Origin: Auanema rhodensis | Lineage: Eukaryota; Animalia; Nematoda | Direction of reading: 5' to 3' | Assembly (NCBI GenBank): GCA_964057225.1 | Contig: OZ059900.1 | Location: 6,138,001 to 6,202,000, forward strand | Length of the DNA: 64,000 bases | Shown here: piece after piece, positions 55,549 to 64,000 of the stretch | Layout: each line of letters opens with the position of its first letter | How positions within the stretch are numbered: the first letter of the stretch is position 1 | Made by a program: the position numbers and the translations under genes | Notes under the pieces: generated by a model | Seen by the model: only the letters and a program-made list of their open reading frames with translations | Told to the model about the DNA's origin: nothing | The model's database searches: none

Positions 55549-58318
55549 CTAAACATCATGCATTTTTCCCTCCTTGTTATCGCAATAGTTATTCCAAAGT
55601 GTTTTGGCTAACTCATAACACGGTAGCTCACCAGCATGTGTTGCAACCATTCGTAATAAAAACACTCCATCCTGGAAAGAATTATAAAGTTATAGATGCA
55701 TCAAGCTGTACATCTACCTGTCGTAGGAAATGAAAGACAAATCGTCTGAGAGATTGTGAGTCAACCATTTTATATCCTTCTATTCCAGTCAAATATTTGC
55801 CGACAAAGTTTAGTTGTCTGTAAATTAACGAATTAGTATAAAATTCAATTCAGGTGACAGCTGATAAGGCTATGCATGCGTATAGTAATAGAAACATACC
55901 TGCTTGGAACAACAGAGATATAAATCCAATAAAACAATGAACACACGGTAGCACCTGCTAGTAAGAAATACCAAAACCATAAAAACAGGAAGATTTTCTC
56001 ATTAAACATATTGATCATGAGAACACATTGTACAGTATGTCGGTGGACATTACCTAGCACCTAGATATGAACAATTAATAATGTTTCAGCAGATGGTTGG
56101 AAATTTATAAAAATAAAACGAACTTTAACTTCGAAATCGCACAAAGTAACGCGAGGGAAATGCCCGGATTCTTCCCATTCACGTCCATTCATCAAATCAT
56201 TTAAGACCTAAATATAATAAATAATTTTAAGTTTTATTGTATTGTGAGAATGAAAATTTTCAAATTATTATTCAATCCATACCTGCAGTCCATACCATTT
56301 GCTTCTATTACCAAGGAACGTATTAAGCAAAAATATTTGTCCTACGATATTAACGGTATAAAGTATTTTAATGGAAATATATAAAAATGTAACAGCTGCA
56401 CCGGATGATCTCGTACATATGATCAGGTTAAGCAGTTTCAAACGATTGCCACTCATCTGCAAATGAGGGTATTAATAAAGCAATTGGGATTAAGAGTAAT
56501 TGTGGATATCATGCCATTCAATCTGAGCCATGATCTGAAAATACACACTCACCACTTGATGTTTTACATGTAAAGCTTCTTCAACATTTGTTGCAATCGT
56601 TTGCAATGCTCGATTACGTGATTCAAGATCCAGTAAGCGAGAATCGCATGCCATTTGAACTAGGGATTGTACATGAATGCCTAAAAATCAGCAATTATAT
56701 CATTTTCATTATTAGTAATCTGTCATTACCTGACTGCCAGCTTAATAAACGCCATACAATGGTTGGAACATAAAACAGTAGCGCTTCTAAAGCGAGAACA
56801 AAAGGGACCCATTGATAGTAACTGAAAAAAGCCAATTTCAATATTAACATATAACAGAAAATATTCTATTATATTATTTTTCAATTTCTTTTCTGTTTCC
56901 AAGATTATATTGAACATAAATATTTTTTGTTTCATTAATAATTGAAAATGAAATAGTCTCGCTTATGCGATATATAATAAAAGGCGTTGAGGAATGAGAA
57001 AAAAAAGTAAAGTCGGCTGATGGGAAAAAAATAATCAAGAAAAAAAATATATAAATAGAAAAAAACCAATTATCTATAATAGCAGTAAAAATTTCGAATG
57101 GTTATTCAAAAATTATAAAGAACACCTTATCTTTAATGTCAAAAAAATGAGAAAAAACATTTGACTGTTAGCTTTTTCTCCAAATTTAGAAAAAAAACTG
57201 GTGAAAGTGTATATAATTTTAAATTGAAATGAAATGTTTCTTGTAGAGTGTAATGAAAATATTGCGAAGTAAAGTAACAATTTCATAAAAGAACATTGAT
57301 AATGGCTGGCTTTAATTTTATTTTAACTCTTATAATGTTTAATTTTTTTCCAATATAAATTAAAATATGAACATACCCGATTTGTCTATTTTCTCGTTCT
57401 GCATAATTATGTGGAATATAATCATGAAGGGGCAGAAAATATGTATTCTGAACCCAACAATAGTTTTCTGTGTACTGCTCCATTGGTTCCGTAAAAGTGG
57501 CTGGTACCCAGCATTGAATTGGAAATCCTGAAAAATAAATGTTCAAGTAAACTTCAATAGCTAAAAAAAAGTTTTACTTTGTAGTGTTTTTCTTAGCACA
57601 AGCATTTATGTATGCATACATGTATCTTTATAGTGTAGTGCTAACAAATGTTTGTGAAAGTAACTCGGGCTTTCTTTTTGCCTTGTTCTTTTTTTTGTCA
57701 TTTTCAAATTTTAGCCGTGTAACCAAATATAATTTGAAAATAAAAAAATGTTTTCTATTTAGATATAAGGAGAAAATATTGAAAATTACATAAAATATAT
57801 GCTTTTATGGTATTTGCACATTAAAAATTGTTTCAATTTCAAATGCAAAAACATTTACTCATACATATACAGGTACATGTACATTAACAGACTGCATAAA
57901 ATATGAATATAAGCTGATCTGTTAGTGTAAATAACAAAAGACTAGCTGTTGCCATTGTTTAAATTATATATTTTGTAATATCTCTGGTTATTTATATAAA
58001 GATGTATATATTTATACTCACCTACATACTGTTTGGCCGAGACAAGAATGGCAAATACTGAAAAGAAGAGAAAATTACATAAGAAGTTACTAAGCTTAGT
58101 TTATTTAAAATGAAAAAGAAAAGAGAATTTAGGCATAAAGGTCTGTTTGTTTTTCTTTAAAGAAAGATTTATTGCAAAAAAATCTATATTTCAAGCGTGA
58201 AGATACTCTTACCTGTTATGATAGCAGTGGTATAATAATAATTAAGTTTATCAATAATATCATCATCAACGTGAAACTGTATCGATTTGACAGCGCTAGC
58301 AAAATAGTATAGTAGCAT
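55549..58318 (-). CDS. unc-9: Innexin (gap junction protein) UNC-9
   Basis: [35 protein letters not shown]|[12 protein letters not shown]|[51 protein letters not shown]|[51 protein letters not shown]. This is essentially the C. elegans UNC-9 sequence as I recall it. Confidence 0.97.
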
Positions 58319-58948
58319 TTCTATTCAAAAAATGTTGCGTGAAAGCTGTGCGCAGTCAGTTAGAAGAAATACGTCCGTTCTAAATAAGTCATCACAAGAA
58401 CTATCTGACCTGGTGTTCCTGCAAATAAGAACTTTGTAAGATATTCAAAGAAAGCGAGCAAAAAAAAAGAAAGAACCCAGACATAACGACAGACGACAGT
58501 GGAATAATAACGAAAACCAAAATGAGATAACATGGATTAGAGAAAAAGATGAGTAAAACAAAAAAAATGTAAAAAGCTAATGTAAAAATAGAAAACAAAA
58601 CAAAAGTATTAGAAAATTACATTAAAAAAATGTGAGAAAACTGATGAGAACTATAGAGTACGATCGAAAAAACTGTCGAAAGGTGGCATGAATGAATTTC
58701 CAAGTTTCTTAATTCGAATAATGTTGAGAATGCTCATGTTTTGTCTATTTATACGTATATGACGATTTATACGTGATGCTGTGGCAAGAAAAGTAAGCAG
58801 TTTCATTATTTATTACTTGCCTTTTTGCTTTTAATAGACGGAAAAAATGACAAAAAAGCTGTAGAAATATGAATTTTCGTAAAATGCCAAAACCAAAAAA
58901 GGCTGAGAAAAATCTGAAGCTATTTAAGCAAAGAAGTAATGCGGCAGC

Positions 58949-58992
58949 ACACACACACAGACACACATGCACATATACACACACACACACAC
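58949..58992. repeat. Imperfect (CA)n microsatellite
   Basis: CA-rich run upstream of unc-9. Confidence 0.7.
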
Positions 58993-61900
58993 AAGCCCTT
59001 ATATATATACTCAGAATATTTATATTTTTCAATGCGCATACAAAAATTAAAAAAAATCTTTATGCGCACATTGCTATCTATTATATGAAATAAATAGATA
59101 ATAAATGAATAGCATCGCATATTCGAGGCCTTAAAGCTTTTTTTTCCTTTTCTTTCTTTTTTTTAATCTTATTTATATACATGAAATTAAAAAAAGATGA
59201 TAATGATGATGTTCTATTATTATAAACATGAATGTATATAATAAGGCATTGAATATACAATGAATAATGAAGAAAAATGAACAAGAATGAGAGATAACTA
59301 TCTCTATGGTTCATTCAATTTTTTTCGAATTTATTCATTTTATTTACTATTTTTTTATTTTTTAATATATTTATATGTATAAGCATAATAGTTATATTTA
59401 TGTATATGTGTATGTATAGTCATGAAGCCAATTTATTTTTTTAGGAAATTTAAGAAAAAAGTTTTTTTTTGATCATCGCATAAACATTTACAATGATGAT
59501 TCAAACGTTAAACGAGACAGGAGCACAGCTGAAAGGTATATGGCGCTGTGCGTTTGAAGATAAATGAAATGTGCAACAAGGGAATAAATTGTATTCATGT
59601 GTTGAATGGCTGGAAAAAAATTGAAAACATTCAAATAAATTTCTTAATGACTTAATGAAAACAGAGGCATCTAGTATAGTCACCTACAAAGCTTGCATAG
59701 ATATATATCTCTGTTTGTCAGTATATGAATAAAGTATATAAATTCATATAGATATAATAGACCTCTTATAGTATATACATCTATATATTAAGCAAGAATG
59801 AAAAAGTTATTATAGGCTAGTCAAATGCATAGGTATGTAAAAGCTCAGCATATTATATAGGCGTATAAGGATATATAGTATATATGGTTATGTTGTCTGT
59901 CACGAAAATTGAGACAAACGGCCGACTGAAAAGGCAGGAAGCAATGCAGGTATGCTGAGACAAGGTTGACCAAATAAAAAAAAAGAGCTAAAAAACATAG
60001 CACACTCCTTACGACATGTATATTCGGTGTGTTACTAGCTTTAAAAGGCCGTTGCTCATATTTGGCTAAATTGGTTGAGCTTACAGCTGACAGGGAAGAG
60101 CGTAAACTCAGTGAGAGTGAGAGGAAGAAAATGAAAAAACTCGTCGAGTTATAAAGAATAAGGGGAGGTGCTAAACCTGAACATAAATTTTGATGAATGA
60201 AAAATGTAAATAGAGCTAATCAAGCTGATTTTAAGCTAAAGCTTGTTCAAAAGAAATAAAAGCAATGAAGTATATTATATTTTCAATCTAATTTGGAATG
60301 AAAAAGTAATACGATCGGATGAAAATGGTACTAATGATGTAAAAAATAAAAATTGATATAAAAAAGTTAAACGTTGAAAAGTTGAATAGCAAAATAATGA
60401 ATGCAATAAAAAGTTTATCAATTTTGAAACGAGGCAAAATTATTCGACACAGTAGCTGTAATTAGCTTTTTATAAATCATATTTGATATCAACTATATGA
60501 ACACCCACTCAGATATAATCTCAAACTTCGGAAAAGATATCATGAATCTCAGGTTGACCACATATCTGATGCCACGTTATAAGAGAAAATTTTTGTGCAG
60601 TAATGCATGCGAAAAAATAATACTTTCAAAGAAGTATACGAGCTTCGAAATTGCTGAGACAGCACACACTACGACGACGAAAATATGAACCTGACCGTTG
60701 TTTAACTCCGCCTCACTGTCGACATTATTTCAAGGGTGTACTAGTAACCAAGAGCACAATTTTCTAATTAGAATATGTGACCTGATTCCACGACAACCCG
60801 ATATTTGGGAAAATAAAAAAAAGGTGTACGAAAAATTATATTACTTCAACACCTTAATGACATATGCAGCCGATGACAACGTACACGACAACGAATTTAC
60901 ACTAACTTATATAAATAACCGCAAAAGAAAAAGTTTAAATACTTGTATGGTAACGAAATGCGTGGCGTCGTCAATGGTTGGATGAATATAAAGACATTTC
61001 TATCTATATATTTATATGTATATATGAGTGCGTGTAACGATGAGAATAAAAAGAACAAGCTGTCATATTGCAGATGATATGACGAACACAGAATCCATGA
61101 CAAGTGACGGAGCACCTAGTTGCTCATTTTCATTGCGTAATGAAGATTCATTATGATCATTGTAATACTAGCTTTATGACGACAATAATGAATAAATACA
61201 ACCGAATATACGCTAACATCAGCTCTCATTCCTTTAAAATAACTGCAAGACACATGGACTACTGTGCGGTCTCCATTTGCGGTTGTTGTTGATTTGCTCC
61301 CAAACAATTTCTCGTCGTCGTCGTGAAATTTGTCCACTTCTTCTACATCTATATGTCTCTTTTCTCTTTTCCAATCATCCTTTTCTCCATCACACTCTCT
61401 TAACTTTGATCTATCTCTCGTATTTTTATTTTTTACTTTTATTTCCTACATTTACTTTTTGAGTTCAGCGCCACCCATCTAGTGTTCTGCTCATTTTATA
61501 TATCTGACCAGTGCTCTGACTCTTATTGCTATTGAGTATGCACGTATGCACGCACATGCACACCAAGTGGACAGTATTCTACTCTATTTTCTCATTTTCA
61601 CTCTCAAGATTTAGAATTTTTATTCAGATTGTGAATCTATTTCTAATGTTTTCATCTACTATACTTGCTCTCCCTTTAACCAGTACTCTTTGGTCTTTTT
61701 ATCTCACATTTTTATTTTTAACATCACTTTATTCTTCCTTTTCCAGATAAATAGGCTTTTCAACATAGACCCCAATCGCAACAAAAAGTATCACATAAGA
61801 TTAATTTTTCACTTTCACATGGATAAATTGGCAATGAATAAAAGAAAGTTATCGACTATAATGTGAATCATGTCCTGGGCAGAAACGATACAACCTATTA

Positions 61901-64000
61901 TACCATATAGATATAGAAAAAACAATATTATATATATATATATCGGATATACATGAGTGAATATGAAAAATTACTTGATGTAATAGTTTTAAACGAATTC
62001 AAAATAGGTTGTATATAATATTCAAGTTCATCAATCAAAGCTAGCAGTAGTACGTACATACTAATGAGAAATAAAAATGTTATTAGGATAGCAAGCACGA
62101 ATAGAAGTAGCGCCTGCAGCACTATTTGTCGACTACAAAAAAAATCAGTTTGAAGGGTGGAAGAACATTGGAGTGGAGAGCAAGTTTCAAACTTTATGGA
62201 AATGGGAAAAATAGACATGAAGAAACAAGCAACATCTATTGTGTCATATTTCCTATCATAATTTCTGAACCATATGAATAGATCACTGTGTTTTTCTTTT
62301 TTTTTGTATCTTCTTTCTCTTCTTCTTATTTTTCTCTACATTTTTTTAGCGTTCTTCGCATTTCCTCTCTTTCAACGCCTTTATTATGAGAGAAAAGACA
62401 GAAAAAATAGAATGTTTATGAAGAAACAAAAAAGGTGGAACACAAACCAAGTAGAAAGAACAAATGTTGATGCGTCATAAAAGAGAGAATCCTAGGTTAT
62501 TATTGTTTGAGCACATAAATATGCTCATTGATGCGGCAAATTTGAAAGTTAGAAATGTACTAAAGAATATGAAAGAATAACATTGAGCTCAGAAAAAAAG
62601 TTCGAAAATGAGGAAATTATTGAGAAGAAACGAAAACATGAATGAGGAAATATTAGCAAATAAATTCCTAATGAATTTCATTCGAAAGTTGTTCGCCAAG
62701 CTGATTATCTTTCAACTTGAATTAGCATTTGATTATTCCAATCCCAAGAAAGTTTTTTTCAATTCTGCGAACACAAGTCAATTGCATCATTGAATGATTT
62801 TTTTTGATGAACTTCAATTTGAGGACTATATAGTAATGGCCATTAAAGCTGAAGATATATACGTTTGTTTTCGAGAATGAGGAAAAGAAACTGATGTTTC
62901 ATCGTGTTATTCCTGACGTTCTGGAATTCGCTATTTATGCGTTAACTATACATATATTTTATTCAAATATATATATATATATAAGAAAATTTCTGAACTT
63001 ATATGATAAAGATGATTTGTTTTCAAATACAACTCTTCATTTATTACTCATATTCCTTAGTCTTCATTATTTCAGGTGGCATTCTATTGACCATATTACC
63101 ATAATGAGAATGTGCTTATGTAAACATACTAAGCTTAAAATCTGGCTGGAGGGCATTGAGTCATATATTTTGGACTAGACAAAAGATGCATAGCAGATAC
63201 AACTATCAGTTTTATTTCAAAACAGCTTGCTCAATACAAACTTCGTTGTATATATTTGATGTTTTGTTTATTTACGATTCTGTCACTATCATAGTTGAAC
63301 AATCCAAAAAAGAAGCTACAAAACTATCTTTTCGCGATATTTCGGATTATCGTAAATATTCAAATGATTATTTTGATAATAAAGGTTTTTGTTATGTTTT
63401 AACAGAATTATTTTTTAATTTTCTTATTTAGTTTTTCACTGTGTCTCGGCTTCACGATAATTTTCTGTTGCAGAAGAATGAATTTGAATGATGTCTAACA
63501 CAGAGCAACTGTGAACACTAGTAGGACACAGTTGGCAATAGCTAAACCAACAAGAACAAAGAAATATGAGTGGAATGTAGAACTTACAACCGACACATCA
63601 CTCGATGTTCTCGTCATGTCATACGATCTTGGAAAGTTCAACTAAAACTAATGAGCTCAACATTCAGACTCATTATCTTCCTCTTCTTGAGACATTAATA
63701 AATAACAATGAAATGACCAAAAACGAAAGAGTAAATTCAAGAAGCTTGCAGTAGTTAGGTATTGGATATTGTCTTCAACTTGTTTTATTTGAAAAAAGTT
63801 CAAAACAAGAACATGAACTAGGCTGATTAAATAACAGAACAAGACAATAGTTTTAACAAAATTTTCGAGTAAAACTATTAGTTTCGTTATGTCTCAGCAA
63901 TGAGTTATAGCTATTACTCATTAGGATCTATGCACTAGTTGAATGTTTGAGCAAGCTATCGATATAAGCTCTTTAGCCTAACTAACAATCTACATTCACT

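Noticed and set aside
61309-61318. Isolated TCTCGTCGTC matching part of the satellite box
   Set aside because: It is part of a short (GTC)n run, and the flanks do not match the monomer.

Overview
AT-rich eukaryotic DNA from a rhabditid nematode. The evidence is short 40-60 nt GT-AG introns, TTTCAG acceptors, and an UNC-9 protein almost identical to the C. elegans one as I recall it. Most ORF-track entries are exon fragments or noise. The conserved genes are sad-1 kinase (minus, about 85-4024), an SLC17/MFS transporter (minus), an RNFT1/2-like RING membrane ligase (possibly damaged), a four-TM membrane protein, and the innexin unc-9 (minus, 55549-58318). sad-1 and unc-9 are both X-linked in C. 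elegans. Between them is a ~25 kb accessory island. Its main structure is a 15.3 kb bipartite satellite: 95 units of one 104-bp monomer joined directly to 52 units of a different 104-bp monomer in opposite orientation. By my manual count the two monomers align without gaps at about 59% identity. They share a 14-bp box, GACGAGATGGTTCA, which also marks both outer ends of the array and forms an inverted pair at the junction. Downstream lie two diverged paralogous coiled-coil genes, each with an upstream E2F site. These are followed by a young ~2.6 kb foldback element carrying a tRNA-like A/B-box cassette, a retropepsin-like gene, and a TXNDC11-like pseudogene. The satellite plus paralog pair is the best candidate for an undescribed chromosome-biology system. 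That function is inference only.
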